From NCBI GenBank assembly GCA_965603825.1, contig CBFDEM010000044.1:496001-560000 (forward strand): a stretch of 64,000 nt of DNA, written 5' to 3'. Position numbers and translations under genes: made by a program. The notes below the pieces were generated by a model, which worked only from the letters and a program-made list of their open reading frames with translations, did not search any database and had not been told where the DNA came from. Of this stretch, positions 48,809 through 63,008 are shown piece by piece; the stretch's first letter is position 1, and the number at the start of each line of letters is the position of its first letter. This DNA comes from Blepharisma stoltei ATCC 30299 (lineage: Eukaryota; Protista; Ciliophora).

Positions 48809-49663
48809 TTATGAACTAGTATCTAACAGAAAATCTAAATTCTCCTCCCCAAACTCATCCATGTCCTCGTAATTGAAAAACTCATCAACTTCTAAATCGT
48901 CTCTTTTATAACTTCCGTCATTTGAGCTGGTTTTACTGTTTTTTCCTTCGTCCATGTTATGTGACATATCCATATTTCCATCATTGATTTTTGGTCTTTT
49001 TTCTGGGCTTCCTGGTATATGAGTAATAGGCAAATTATTGTCTCTCATAAAAAGCTGGCTTGGGAGCTCTTGGCCATTAGATTGTATATACGTTGCCATC
49101 ATCACTAGAACTTGCTCGATACCTCTCATTTTTTCCTTAGTTTCCCAGAACTGTGACGCAAGCACACGATTCTGTTCAGTTAATTCAGAGACTTTTTCTT
49201 CAAGTCTCTGAATTTCGGTTTCTGACGTTTGAGATCTTCTGTGGAGCTGGTATAATTTTTGCAATAAAGGTGATATTTCAGCTTTACTGAACGTTGACCG
49301 CTGTTGGACAGGCCAATTTGTCTCAGAGTTTTTCCTATGGATCTCTTTGAGGAGATCAGGTCTTCCCCTCAAAAAGAGAGGGTGCTTGAAAGCATGGTCT
49401 TGTCCTGCAACTCTGCACTTGTGGAAGTCATACATATTCAACTGACGTACAAAACTTGCAAGATTGTTGTGTTTGAAGTACCTGGGGAGGACCTTCTCAC
49501 TGAACTCATTAACATTTTTGATAGCGAAGGCTGTGCCATCTTCAGTTCAAGAGACTAGTTCGCCTGACTCTTCTTGCTCAAGCATGTCATATGTTTTTTT
49601 TAAGAAGGATGCGGGTATTGATGCTGAAGACTTCTTTTTCATATATTTTATAAACTTTGCCAT
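48809..49663 (-). CDS. HSF: Heat shock factor (HSF-type DNA-binding domain + coiled coil)
   Basis: FLKKTYDML..ELVS-W(TGA 49547)-TEDG.AF, VLPRYFKHNNLASFVRQLNMYDFHK and FKHPLFLRG motifs. Alternative ATG at 49642. Confidence 0.92.
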
Positions 49664-50183
49664 AAAATAAGAGAGATGGCATGAAATTATCTGCTAATTA
49701 ACTAGATAAATTTTATTAGTTGGGAGTAAAGAATAGAGTGTAGATTTTTTATAGCCATTACGTGTGCAATTATTAAAGGTTTTAAAATGATTCATTAATC
49801 AAATTTTAAAAAAAAGCCTAAATAGCCTAATTAAAATTGATTATGGTGGATATCATTTATAAGCTGATGATGCAAGTATAAACAAAGCATGCGAGCTGTG
49901 CTTGAGACTAAACTTAATTTCTTGTCTTGCTTGGCGTGGAAAATTTACTCCAACATTTCGAAAAAATTTACACTTTCCGATAAGATAAGAAATTATCGCA
50001 AGGCATTATAAAACATTGAACCAACTTCTGGCCTCCTTCACTATAAAAATAAAAAAATCATATAAATTCGATACATCACAATTTACTATTCTCTAATAAA
50101 AGATTACGCTAAAATTGGAACGTGCTGCAGGCTTTTATTTCTCACTCAGCCATTTTGTTGATTAATATTTAAGAGAAATAAGA

Positions 50184-51114
50184 ATGGTAAGACCTAATTA
50201 GTTTGGGAAGAAGGCTGAAGTGGTTTTAGAGCTCGACAACCTAGAAGGGCGCAAAACAGCAACATTCAAAGAGAGCTCAGGAAAAGAAGTCTCACTTCCT
50301 GTCTATACCGTACTATCCAATTAGGGCAACGAGGATATTTCAGGCCGTCTCGTCGTCAACATGAAAAGAGGCAAAAAAATCGAGCATCAAGGCATAAAAG
50401 TAGAACTTATCGGCCGCATAGGTATTTTTCTATATAGACATCACATATGAGCGTAACCAAACAAGCGACTTCGTCTCCATGTCCAGAGAGCTCGAACCTC
50501 CAGGGACAATTAATGAATCTGCCACTATTCCTTTTTCCTTCAACAAAGTAGACAAACAGTTCGAAACCTACCAAGGCCGCTTCTGCAAAGTCCGCTATAT
50601 TATCAAAACAACCATCCTGCGTAAGAATTTCTCCTCAAACATTGTGAACGAGCAAGAAATTTCAGTCTTGAACACTACAAATGAAGCTGAAGACAGTACC
50701 TCAATCAAAATGGAAGTGGGCATTGAGGAGTGTCTACATATTGAGTTCGAATACAATAAGCATAAATACCACCTTAAGGACTGCATATTAGGGAAAGTCA
50801 ACTTTTTGCTTGTGAGAATTAGGATTAAGTATATGGAAATTGCAATAATAAGAAGAGAAACCATTGGAGCTGGCGCTCAAGCTACCAATGAAAACGAAAC
50901 TGTGGCGAAATATGAAGTGATGGACGGCGCTCCAGTCAGAGGAGAATTTATTCCTATCAGAGTCTTTTTAGGAGCTTTTGACTTGACTCCTACTTATTAC
51001 AATGTCAACAATAAATTCTCAGTCAGACACTTCTTAAACCTTGTGTTGGTCGACGAAGAAGACCGTCGCTACTTTAAGCAGCAAGAAATTGTGCTCTGGA
51101 GAAAAGACCTTTAA
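50184..51114 (+). CDS. VPS26: Retromer subunit VPS26 (exons 50184-50186, 50202-50309, 50325-50421, 50438-51114)
   Basis: [43 protein letters not shown] and [19 protein letters not shown] motifs. Three tiny introns give a full-length protein. Confidence 0.95.
50187..50201 (+). other. 15-nt intron directly after the start codon
   Basis: ATG|gtaagacctaattag|TTT. Confidence 0.85.
50310..50324 (+). other. 15-nt spliceosomal intron
   Basis: gtactatccaattag, phase 0. Removal gives PVYT|GNEDISG. Confidence 0.88.
50422..50437 (+). other. 16-nt spliceosomal intron
   Basis: gtatttttctatatag, phase 1. Removal restores the VPS26 frame. Confidence 0.88.
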
Positions 51115-51157
51115 GTAATAGGAATTATTTAAATGGCTTATTATTATGGTTTAGCAG

Positions 51158-51877
51158 TTATTCTCTTCCTCTGACTCTCTCAACAAAATCTCTACCCTTA
51201 CTTAGCGTATATTGAACTCCATCCCCCACTAATGAAGGAAGTTCAGTCCAAAAAGCTCTGTGAGGTATGCTTTCTGAAATTGACAATTCTGGGTCGTTTT
51301 TTCTATTTATTACAGATCCGACAATACAATATACTGCAAATATAATCACAGTAGCTACAATCAATAAAGTTCCAGTGCTTAGTCCTGTAGATTTTTTAGT
51401 TACCCCACTTTTGCCTGGGCATACATTTTTACTGTTGATTTCAAAGGTATAGACACATGTGGAAAATTCTTCAATCATTGTTATGCGAGTTTTTTCTTTT
51501 GCGCAATGCAGATTGTATATGACTTGCCGAGGGCCATTGTAGCAATTATCGCCATTGAAGTAGGTCAATTGAATTCCAAGGTCTGGGTCGTCTGAATTTA
51601 TGTAGGTTGCTTTTGGGGGAGCTCCGCTTTGCCGAGCAAGCACTGCGACGCAGTTTCCATTGTATTCCCATTGTGTAGCAATTCCTGGGTCAGCTCCACA
51701 GGTCTTATGGGCATCTCCACAGATATTAACGCGATATACAAAATCCATAGCATCCATTTCGTAATCTGGAACTTCAGTGTATAGAGAGCTCAAGTCAATC
51801 ACGTTTCCGTCAGGCATTGTGAACTTGCATGGGTATTGGCCTGCACTAGATAAAGAGAATAATAATAAAATCCACAT
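51158..51877 (-). CDS. MRH-domain type-I membrane protein (cation-dependent M6P receptor/ATG27-like)
   Basis: Signal peptide, DLSSL, Y.VNICG, G.QLTY.NG..C, C.YTFEI.S..VC, one TM helix and an IPH..FW.ELP.LV.DG tail. Confidence 0.88.
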   Translation of the reverse strand: MWILLLFSLSSAGQYPCKFTMPDGNVIDLSSLYTEVPDYEMDAMDFVYRVNICGDAHKTCGADPGIATQWEYNGNCVAVLARQSGAPPKATYINSDDPDLGIQLTYFNGDNCYNGPRQVIYNLHCAKEKTRITMIEEFSTCVYTFEINSKNVCPGKSGVTKKSTGLSTGTLLIVATVIIFAVYCIVGSVINRKNDPELSISESIPHRAFWTELPSLVGDGVQYTLSKGRDFVERVRGRE

Positions 51878-52214
51878 TTATAGTTTAAAAGTATATATTC
51901 TATAGTGGTGATCTCATTTGGATTTTGCAGTAAGCAATCCTAAAGGAAAATAAAATTATAAAAGTAATTTTTCTTTAGACTAGAAGCAAGAATGATAAAT
52001 TAAACAAGAGTTAAGTTTGTTACAAAAATGCCTTTTTCAAAATTTTTATTTTAGGTAGAGTTTCCTGAATAAATATAAAAGCTATGCACTATACCTATAA
52101 TTAAAAAAAATTAATCATTATCGAATCATTTGGTTTAAATCTTAATCAAAATCATAAACATGCGAATATAAATTTCTATAAGTAAAAATTCGAAAATATT
52201 GCTTAATAATAAAT

Positions 52215-53507
52215 ATGACCTCTATCAAGCTCTTTTTTGCTGATGAATGCCGTAGAATTCCACATGCACCTCCCACCATCATCCAGCTTCGAGAAAAAAT
52301 AAAAGAATTATTCGGAGTTGAAAATCCACTTATCCAATACAAAGATGAAGAAGATGATTTAATTACAATTCAAACTCAAGAAGAATACACCGAGCCTCTC
52401 ACTTCAACACGAGGGCCATTAAAGCTATATATCAGTCAGGTAGTCAACTTCGCATCAATCCTCGCAAGTGTTCCTTTATGCAGTTCTGATGCTGGCCACG
52501 AAAGTGAAGAAGACATTGAATTGCTTGAATCTGGATCAGCAGAAGTTGACGCAGCTGTGCCAAATGCTGTTGAAAAATCAATAGAAACAGCAGAAATTGA
52601 GTATCAAGAAGTAGGGAACTCAGTTATTGTTCCACAAACATCAGAGCAAGCCAGCAATACAAGTTTGGTAACAGAAGAAAAAGGGATCATTACAACTGAT
52701 TTTCAAATGATTGATGAATCCTGCTGCTCAAAAGTAGAAACTGCTGAGAGTGGCTGTGATGCAAAAAAATTCTCGTCTCAAAATATAGAAACTGTACCTT
52801 TTCAAATTGAAAGCGTGGAATCAGAAACAGTGGCAATTCCTATGATAGAAAATTCTTCTAATACTGCAGAGCTGCAAATGAAAGAAGCAGGGGTTGGCCC
52901 TAGAAAAGGAGGGGAAATAGGAGTCCAAAGCATTGAAGCCATGCCAGGACTGCTTGAAAGTTTAAGAAGTATCATTAGAGAAGAAATTGGGAGCCTAGAT
53001 AAGCTAAAACTGTCAGGTTTACAAGTTGTGCACCAAGTAGAGTGCAGAATATGCCATACGAAGCCTATAGTTGGAATTAGATATAAATGCCAAGAGTGTG
53101 GGTTTAGCCTTTGTGAAGTTTGTGAGGATTCTTTTGACCATGAGCATCCGATGTATAAGATGAAAAAAGCTGAGGAAGCTGCAATAAAACTTCCTCCCCC
53201 TCCACCCCCAGTTTTTAATCTGCCTCATCTGCTGCCTAATATTGAAAAAGAGCCAGCTAAAAAAGTGATTGAACCTCCAAAGCCTATCCCTGCTATACCA
53301 GCTCCTATTAAATATCCTGATATTGAACCAATAAAACCACAAAATCCAATCGAAGAAATTAATAGAGTTAATAAAATGTCAGAAAGGTTCCAAAAAGCCA
53401 AACAATTGGAAGATCTAGGTTTCAAAGATGCAAAGAAAAACCTAAGAGCACTAGAAAAAGCTAGCTATAACCTGGATCAAGCAGTTGAAATATTATTGGA
53501 AGAATAA
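52215..53507 (+). CDS. p62/NBR1-like autophagy receptor (PB1-ZZ-UBA)
   Basis: PB1 (IK...RR, YKDEEDDLITI), ZZ (C..C...I.GIRYKC..C.FSLC..C...H.H) and UBA (LEDLGF...N..AL...NLDQAVE.LL). Confidence 0.88.
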   Translation: MTSIKLFFADECRRIPHAPPTIIQLREKIKELFGVENPLIQYKDEEDDLITIQTQEEYTEPLTSTRGPLKLYISQVVNFASILASVPLCSSDAGHESEEDIELLESGSAEVDAAVPNAVEKSIETAEIEYQEVGNSVIVPQTSEQASNTSLVTEEKGIITTDFQMIDESCCSKVETAESGCDAKKFSSQNIETVPFQIESVESETVAIPMIENSSNTAELQMKEAGVGPRKGGEIGVQSIEAMPGLLESLRSIIREEIGSLDKLKLSGLQVVHQVECRICHTKPIVGIRYKCQECGFSLCEVCEDSFDHEHPMYKMKKAEEAAIKLPPPPPPVFNLPHLLPNIEKEPAKKVIEPPKPIPAIPAPIKYPDIEPIKPQNPIEEINRVNKMSERFQKAKQLEDLGFKDAKKNLRALEKASYNLDQAVEILLEE

Positions 53508-53812
53508 ATAATATTATTAGATTAATTCCTTCAATAAATCATTATAGTTAATCAATGTTTCATTACTATAATACAATATCTGTTGCAATCTAAAAACTAG
53601 AAAGAATTCCGCAATTATAATAAGATTGCCTACTAAAACTATAAGGAGCAATTTAAAGGGCTTTTATACGTACTTGAAATAAACCTGCATGAAAAGGCCA
53701 TTGTTGTCTTTTCTTTTAAAAAAGCTTGGGCTATCAAAAATGCAAAAAGAAAAGAGAAGAAATTTGATTAATATTGATCATTATTTATAATATTGGTCCA
53801 GTTTTTTTATGA

Positions 53813-55468
<1,656 letters not shown>

Positions 55469-55977
55469 GATATATATTAAAGTAATGCAGAATTATAAAT
55501 TTCTATGGAAGAAGGTTGATAATTTTTTTTGAGAGTTAATAACTTTGAAGAAAAAGTTTGGAGACGGGCTAAAATGGCAATAAGAATGCTAATATGCTAA
55601 AAATCTTGAAATTTAAAATCATAAAACTTGGTTGGATGATTTTTAGAGATCAGCTAATTAAAAGTGAATGGAGATAATAAATTGAAGTACAATGAAGAAA
55701 GATTTATTTGGAGAATACTAATAATTTTGGCTTTATAATCTTGCTATAAATCTGAAACTAGCATATGTGGCCAGGAATGATTTTTTAAATTTCCATTAAA
55801 ATGCTTTTTAATTTATTTGTCATTATTTATTAACTGATTATATAATAATTGCTGTTTTCTTGAACATTATATATATTCTTATTCCATTCAAACTCATATT
55901 AATTCAATATTTTATCAAGTTCTCTCTTAATAAAATTAATCAATTAAAATTAAATTTGAATTATTATATACTGACAC

Positions 55978-57357
55978 TTAGCGAACATTATAATATTCCT
56001 GTGTCGCAGGGCTATAAAAGCACTTTAAAACACTATCATATACTAACTCTTTCAATTCTTCTGATTTTCTATCAGAATTATCTTCCTCCACTAAAGGTGG
56101 AGAAAACTGTCTATGCTGAAGTGCATCCCACATTCCTTTCTCGAAATAAAAAGGTTTTGGCAAATTGATTTCTCTAGTTTCTGTTTCCGATTTTCCATTA
56201 AACGAAAGCGGCATTTTATTAGGCGTTTTTGTCAAAGACCCATCTTCTTTTCCATCATATTCAATGCTTTCAGTTAAAATTTCTTCTTCAACCTCTTCGC
56301 CTTCTTCATTCTTTTTACCATGGCTTTGGAATTTAGAATAGAGGTTTATTTCGACAGGCTTTTCTATTGGCTTTGGTGGCTTTAGCTCTAGTGGCGGCTT
56401 TCTAGGAGTATTCCCACCACTTGATATAAGCGATTTCGGCTTAGGAGGAGTAACGGTTTTTCCTGTTCGGATTCTTATTTGGGATTTTAAGCTGTTGTCT
56501 GGCACTTCGAATTCTCCTACGGATAATTTTTTTGCTCTTGGGGTAACTCCACAAGTTCCTAATTTTTGAGGTCTTGGCGGAAGGTTGATATTTTTTCGGC
56601 TTAAAGGTGCTGATTTGTGAGGCCTTACTAGCGGTGTTATGATTGAGCTTCGATTTCATGGCGACGCAGTCCTGTTTCCAAGCTTCCCCATACTGATGTT
56701 TCCTGATATAAAAGGTTCAGTAGTCGTAATATTTTTTCCGTCTATTTTTTTTGGAATTCTTTCAGAAGTCAGCAATAAATTTTGAAAGTCCACATTTGTC
56801 ATAAACTCTAAATGTTTTGGAAGCGGTTCATATCCTGTAGCTTTACTTTCAGCATCAAAAATCGGGCTTCTTATCGTAAATACGTTTCTTAATTTGCAAT
56901 ACGCAAAAATAGTTAACCCATCTAAAGATCTATGCCCTGCATTACCAAAGCATAAATTAACAAAACTTTCAATATCCACACACAGATTTATTCATTTATT
57001 TTTTTGAATGTCAGTTGGGATTCTTGCATTCAATGGATTTACTGTAAGATCTTTACAGGCTGTTGTAAACAGAATTCTACGTTTTGCATTGGCTCTATCA
57101 GTTATGCGTAGCTCAAATGAAAAGTTGTGAGAGCCAGGGATGAAAACTTGCATCACAAGGTATTGCTGGAGCAATCCGAGCTTGTCTATATCATTTGAAG
57201 GGAATGCAATTTTTGATAGATGAGTTTCTAAACTGAAAATGTAAGACTTTGCAGATTGGTCGTAAAATGGCTGATATGATTTGCCGAGCTTCAAATTTTT
57301 GTCTTTAGGATTCAAAATTTCAACAGCTCTGCCACTTTGGAATGTCTCTTTAAACAT
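55978..57357 (-). CDS. CFAP20DC: CFAP20-domain protein (C3orf67/CFAP20DC-like)
   Basis: MFKETFQSG..VEI, LGLLQQYLVMQ, FSFEL.ITD...KRRI, K-W-INLCVD and CKLRNVFT motifs, plus a C-terminal LVYD..LKCFY.P.T..YY. TGA at 56992 and 56656. Confidence 0.85.
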
Positions 57358-57809
57358 AATATTGCATTTTTTTAATTTCTTAGATTTTGTTATCTATTGG
57401 ATTCAGTTTTTGATCAGAGTTAAACGAAAATTATAGGAAATCGTTATTATAAGAGTGGAAAAGCTTAATTAGAAGATAATTTTTAGAATTTAGAAAACTG
57501 TGGCAAATAAATAGTTTTATTTTAAATCAAGAGAAAAGAAGCATTTCTTAGATGAATTGATTTTTATTTTACCAAATGAAATCGTTCCATCAAAATTCCC
57601 TAACTCTAAGAAATTTTCAATAAACTTTTGTATAAAGGTGGGGAAGCTATATCTTTATAGTATATAAGATTGATATTCCAGTGCTTTTAATTTTAAATTT
57701 AAGAACAGAAAATAATTTATGATAATATTTGAACACCGAAAAGCTTTTATCTTTATAAATTAATGAATTTACGTGTCTATCCATAACTTATTTAGATTAG
57801 AAATAACTC

Positions 57810-59726
57810 TTACTTTTTACTTCTTCCTCCTCTCAGTAAGCTTTTCTCCAAAGTTAGAATTGGGCTTTCTACCATAAGTGATAATATAGTCCCTGCAATA
57901 GCTGAAAACAGTAAAGTCCCAACTGCATGATAACAAATATCTAGATCATCATAATATAGTGCTTGATCTCGTGAAAAAACATACCAATAAATAAACAACG
58001 GGTGAACGACATAAAACGCAAAGCTAACTTTCGCAAGTGGAGATAAAATACGAAGTGTTAAAAAATATAAAAGGCACCTGCAATATCCAAATAGCATAGG
58101 AACGATGAAAAATAGAAGCCCAAAGCAAAAGCCGAAATGGTCAAATGTCATAAATGCAGCTTTGTGAGGTGTTGACCAATAATCAAGCCCATGCTCATTG
58201 AGCTGAGCCGGTGAAAAGTTAATAATTACCATCAGAGTAAATCCAAAAATATAGCCAATGTAACGGAATGCTGGGACATGCACCCATTTGAAGGCTTTGA
58301 TTTCATAATATGTAACGATATCTCTTTCTATAGGAATACTTGGCTTTTCTTCTTGAATAAGATTGTAATGAGGGTTCAATTCGACGTTAAGGCTTTCTTT
58401 AGCTGCAGCTTTTTCTGCCTTTGCATCTACTGAAGCGCGGTACATGAATCCAACGATTATTCCTAGTAGATAAGGAGACATTCTTGCATAAGGCTTGACA
58501 TAATTGCTTAGAAATTGGTCTTTATTCCCAAGCCCATTCAGCAAAGTAGGATTCCAATCATTAATATTAGCCTCAATCCCTACCACAAGCCAATTGACTC
58601 CTATCAAGCCTATACAAATCAAATATCCCCATAGTTTTTTTCTATAATACAAAATAAGTATTATAGGAGAAAACACGTAAAATTGCACATCATTTGCAAT
58701 GTACCAGCCCCACCCCATGCATGAAAATTCTTCTGTTGGGAAAAAGTTATTAAGAAACAGCAAGTTTGACCACCAATAATTTTGGCAAGATTCAGGAGTA
58801 ACTTCCACAAAAAGTGGCCATTGTGGGCCACTACCTACATATCTGAGAAGAAATGCATATGTGAAAAAGCACATATAGTATATAGGAATCAGTCTAATAA
58901 ATCTATGCATCTCAAATATACCCCAATTCATTCTTCCTTTAGATGCCTTTAAATGAGCTGTTGTAAGAAAAGCCAGCAAAAATCCAGCCATCAAAAAGAA
59001 AACGTCCACCACATAAATAATCAGGAATAAATGCTGCGTATCCATCCACAGATCAACGAGCCTAGCTGGATTGGAAAATGCTCCAGATAATTGATAAATG
59101 TAAGAGTGCCCAAAGACGACCATGACCATTGAAAAAACTCTTATACCATTGAATATTTGTAATGTGTCAAATTCAGTGGGAAGAGCAGCCAGCTTTTTTC
59201 AGTTGGTCACTAGAGAAAATGCCATTGTTGTCTGTGAAATCGGCCCAAATCGTTTGTGAGGATTTTTTTGAGCCATAAGGTCAAAAATAGTCCCAGCAAT
59301 TACAGTAACAATTAATAAAATTCATAAAATAAGGGTGAAAATTGCTTTTCCATCCATGCCTTCGCTGTTGAACTCAGTAGGAAAATGAGCCTTGTAACCT
59401 GTAATTTGTTGAAATTGGCTCAGGTTTAATTTCTCATAAATTTCTGCTCCAACCTTGCTATAATCATCAAGAGTACAGTTAATTGGCCCACAAAAACCAA
59501 GCATTATTCTGAAATCGTTTAGCTTGGCTTCAATAAGTGCATATTTAGCTGTTGTTAAATTATTGCATTCATTATACAAGCCTAGGTCGTCAAAGCCTCT
59601 GCCAGAATAATAAATCATTTTTTGGCCTCCTGGGTAGTGAGTGGGCATGTCAGTTATATCATTCCTGCACTTTTCAAGCTCTGCAAGAGCACCTAGGAGT
59701 ATTGCAATAAAGATGCAACACTTCAT
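57810..59726 (-). CDS. NRF-6/OACYL-like membrane O-acyltransferase (acyltransferase 3)
   Basis: Signal peptide, DLGLYNEC, FSLVTN-W-KKL, NGIRVFS...VFGH, VDVFF, HRFIRL and WYIANDVQFY motifs. TGA at 59322 and 59199. Confidence 0.9.
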
Positions 59727-60370
59727 AGTTAATGTATATAAATGACGTACAAGAACAAATGTGAGGACAATGTTTTAAATTGAGAGATTCCGAGATTTTT
59801 AGTTTTTAAGTCTCTGGTTTCTTATTAATTATTATTGATCTATATATTCAAATAAGAAAAATCGCAAACAAAGAACGAATTCTTAAAATAAAATTTTTCA
59901 AAATGTTGGTCTTGTTTATGGTTGCAAGAGAAAATAGTTTAATTTAATAAGACTGCTGTTATAATAAGAAGCACGCTTCTAGGGCTCTTGCTTACGTTTT
60001 AAAGTAACTAAAATTATTTCATATTTGTTTTTATCATCTTTATAAATTCTCCCATAACCTCTCATATTTCATATTGAAAAGAAACCTTTAGCTTTTTAGC
60101 AAAATATTATGTGTGATAGCCAAATATAAAAATTTAATTTTTCAAGCAAAATTTTGTAAAAATTATCAAACCTAAAGTCAAGGCTCAATAATAAAGGGCA
60201 AGAATAATTTTATTATCAAAAATTGTCTATTTGCAAGAGATTATAATTTATCTAGCAAAGAATAAAATCCTAATTACCCCTTATATCTAATTCTCATTCA
60301 ATATTTTATAATCTCTAATTCTAGTGCAAATTCAACAACATATTAATAACTTTATAATATTGCTAATTTA

Positions 60371-61939
60371 ATGGCAGCAAAAATTCTCTGGGCTTCTCAA
60401 ACCGGCAATTGTGAAGAGATTTCTCGGATAATCTACGAAGAAAGTGCTGAAAAAAGAATCCCCTGCGAAAGATACTGCCTCCAAGAGCTCGGGACTACTT
60501 TTAACATCTCCCAAAAAGACGTAATAGTTATAGTCGTCTCAAGCACTGGAGATGGCGAGCTTCCTGACAACGGTTTAAAATTCTATCGCTGGATAAAGCA
60601 GCAAGAAGGCACAATTTTTTCCCACGTAAAATACACACTTTTAGGCCTTGGGGACTCAAATTACAGCACTTTCCAAGGAGGTCCTAATATAATTGAACAT
60701 CATATGAAAAAGCTAGGAGCAACAGAGTTTTATGAAAGAGGCGTTGTTGATGAACAATTAGGAATAGAACAAACTGTTGATGCCTGGATTGATGGACTTT
60801 GGGAGCCTTTAAAAAAACAAGTAGAAGAGTTATCTAAAGCAGGAAGCGGAGAGCAGGTCAGCCAAGCTATTGAAGACATGCCAAGCATATGGGGAAGAAT
60901 TTTGGAATATAGAGTGCTGACTGAAGAAAATGCTACGAAAAAAGTCATTGAGATTAGGATTACTACTGAAGGAAAAAGCTATATACCTGGAACAGCTTTA
61001 TTTATGTATCCCCAAAATCCTGATGAAAAAGTGACTGAAATGATCACAAAATTAGGCTTAGAGGCGACACAATCTATTATTGATAAATCCCACATATCGA
61101 AATCAGTGAGTCATAGATTCCAAACACCTATATCTATTTTTGATTTTTTTAAGAGGTTTGTGGATTTCCAATCGGCCATTAAAACCCGATGTGCGATCTT
61201 TTTAGCTTCAATACTTTATAATCCAACAGAAAAAGAAGGATTAACCCATCACATTGACCAGTCGAAAATTACGATGCCAGACGAGTTTACCTTTGAAAAT
61301 ATCATAAACAAGTATCATTCTTGGGATATCCAATCTTTAGATTCTTTATTGGATGTTATTCCAATACTAAGCCCAAGGAATTATTCAATATCATCTTCTC
61401 CTACAACATCTCCAGGCTCAATTACGATTGCATTTTCAGTTATGGGCTTATGCACTAGGTATTTAGAGCATGCAGCTTTGAATGATCTCAGTGTCGAGTA
61501 TTCTCTTCAGAATGAACCTGGGGTATTTTGGGAAGGCATAAAAGCATCGCCAAGACCTATTATGATCTGTACTGGGACAGGAATTTCTCCTTTCAGAGGC
61601 ATCCTAGAGCATTTGGTTTTAAATGATCCAAAACCTGTTTGGGTTATTTATGGTTGCAGAAATTCCACGAAAAATACTCCTCAGAAGAACTTTGACCATG
61701 TTTATCAAGACGACATAAACGGAGCAATCAGAGTACTTGGAGGAAAACTGAGCGTCGCCAATTCTAGATCTGGAAATGGGCCAAAATACATTCAAGACAT
61801 TATAAAAAATGAAGCAAGAGAAATCGTAGAGTGGGGAAGCGCAGCTATTTTATGCGGAAATTTCGATTCAAAAGATATAAAAGCGAAACTCCAAACGATA
61901 AATGAAAATTTCGAAGTCTTCTCCGAGATATGGGAATAG
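60371..61939 (+). CDS. Diflavin oxidoreductase, methionine synthase reductase-like
   Basis: SQTGN, STGDGELPDN, LGLGDSNY, PRNYSISSS, GTGISPFRG, YGCR and a terminal EIW. Confidence 0.85.
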   Translation: MAAKILWASQTGNCEEISRIIYEESAEKRIPCERYCLQELGTTFNISQKDVIVIVVSSTGDGELPDNGLKFYRWIKQQEGTIFSHVKYTLLGLGDSNYSTFQGGPNIIEHHMKKLGATEFYERGVVDEQLGIEQTVDAWIDGLWEPLKKQVEELSKAGSGEQVSQAIEDMPSIWGRILEYRVLTEENATKKVIEIRITTEGKSYIPGTALFMYPQNPDEKVTEMITKLGLEATQSIIDKSHISKSVSHRFQTPISIFDFFKRFVDFQSAIKTRCAIFLASILYNPTEKEGLTHHIDQSKITMPDEFTFENIINKYHSWDIQSLDSLLDVIPILSPRNYSISSSPTTSPGSITIAFSVMGLCTRYLEHAALNDLSVEYSLQNEPGVFWEGIKASPRPIMICTGTGISPFRGILEHLVLNDPKPVWVIYGCRNSTKNTPQKNFDHVYQDDINGAIRVLGGKLSVANSRSGNGPKYIQDIIKNEAREIVEWGSAAILCGNFDSKDIKAKLQTINENFEVFSEIWE

Positions 61940-61956
61940 CATAATAATTTATTAAT

Positions 61957-62715
61957 TTAAGATCTTGCTGTATTATAAGACCCACAGTTTGGGCATTTCA
62001 TCCCAATAATATGAAACTTGACTTCGTTTTTTCTGACTAAAGCTTACTTCAAGCAATCATTGCACAGAATAGTACACCAAACGTTTTCGTATTCTGGTGG
62101 CATTGGAGTCGAAGCGACTTCTTGGTCCAATTCTTGATAAAAATCTGAAAAATCAGCAATAGACTTACAGCAGATTGGACAGGTATATCGATGATGCTCC
62201 ATCATATCCCTCAAACAAGAATTATGTATAAAATGTCCACACCTAATGGGAATAACTGATTCCCTACTTGTAAACATATCTTCTTGGCATACAGCACAGT
62301 TAGATTTCAAAACACCTGGTATGCAGACGTGAGAGTCTCGCAAAGCAATGCTAAGGCACGCTTCACAAGTGTCACAGTGGAAAAAATTTTCTCTAGGACC
62401 TACACGACATATTCCGCATTTATCGCAGTGATAAATTTGTTTAGACATATCGTGGTCAAATAAGTGGCAGATCCCACAGAAATAGTTGCCTAAGCAGTTC
62501 CCACAGACTTCACAGTACTGAGCAATGCCCTGAATATGCATGCATTCACGGCATCTAACTGTATTCACATCAGCCCTGACCATTTTGTGCCTTTTTGTCA
62601 AATCTTTTTCCTCTTCATACTTAACCCGATCATGACAATATCTGCATGCGAAAAACTCTTCACAGCATAAGGATAAAAGGTCGCATCCTCTGGCGTAGTG
62701 GGTGCAAGGCTCCAT
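61957..62715 (-). CDS. RCHY1: CHY/RING E3 ligase Pirh2 (exons 62715-62048, 62032-61957)
   Basis: CHY, CTCHY and RING-H2 domains. After the intron: FHIIGMKC..CGSYNT. Confidence 0.95.
62033..62047 (-). other. 15-nt spliceosomal intron (CAG acceptor)
   Basis: gtaagctttagtcag, phase 2. Removal restores the conserved C-terminal zinc ribbon. Confidence 0.92.
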
Positions 62716-63008
62716 ATTTTATTAAGTTTTAGACAAATCCATAAGATAGGCGAAAAAACGCCAGTTGTTAAATCTTTACTGGAAAAAATTAATTAAGCAG
62801 TTGAGATAAGGCTGAATTTGTTTATAAGCTGGATAAGTAGAGCAAGAAAAATAAAGAAACCTGATAAGATTTTTTATCAGCGATTTTACTGGATTTCTTA
62901 ATTTTTAGATTTATTAGCTTTTTAGGATGAGGAAATCAGAAGCAGAGAAAAGTTTTCGGACTAAAAAATCAACAAATCAATAGGTATAAAAGCTCCATAT
63001 ATAAATTA

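Noticed and set aside
55860-56168. 102-aa ORF on the + strand
   Set aside because: It begins in AT-rich spacer and lies antisense to the CFAP20DC 3' end.
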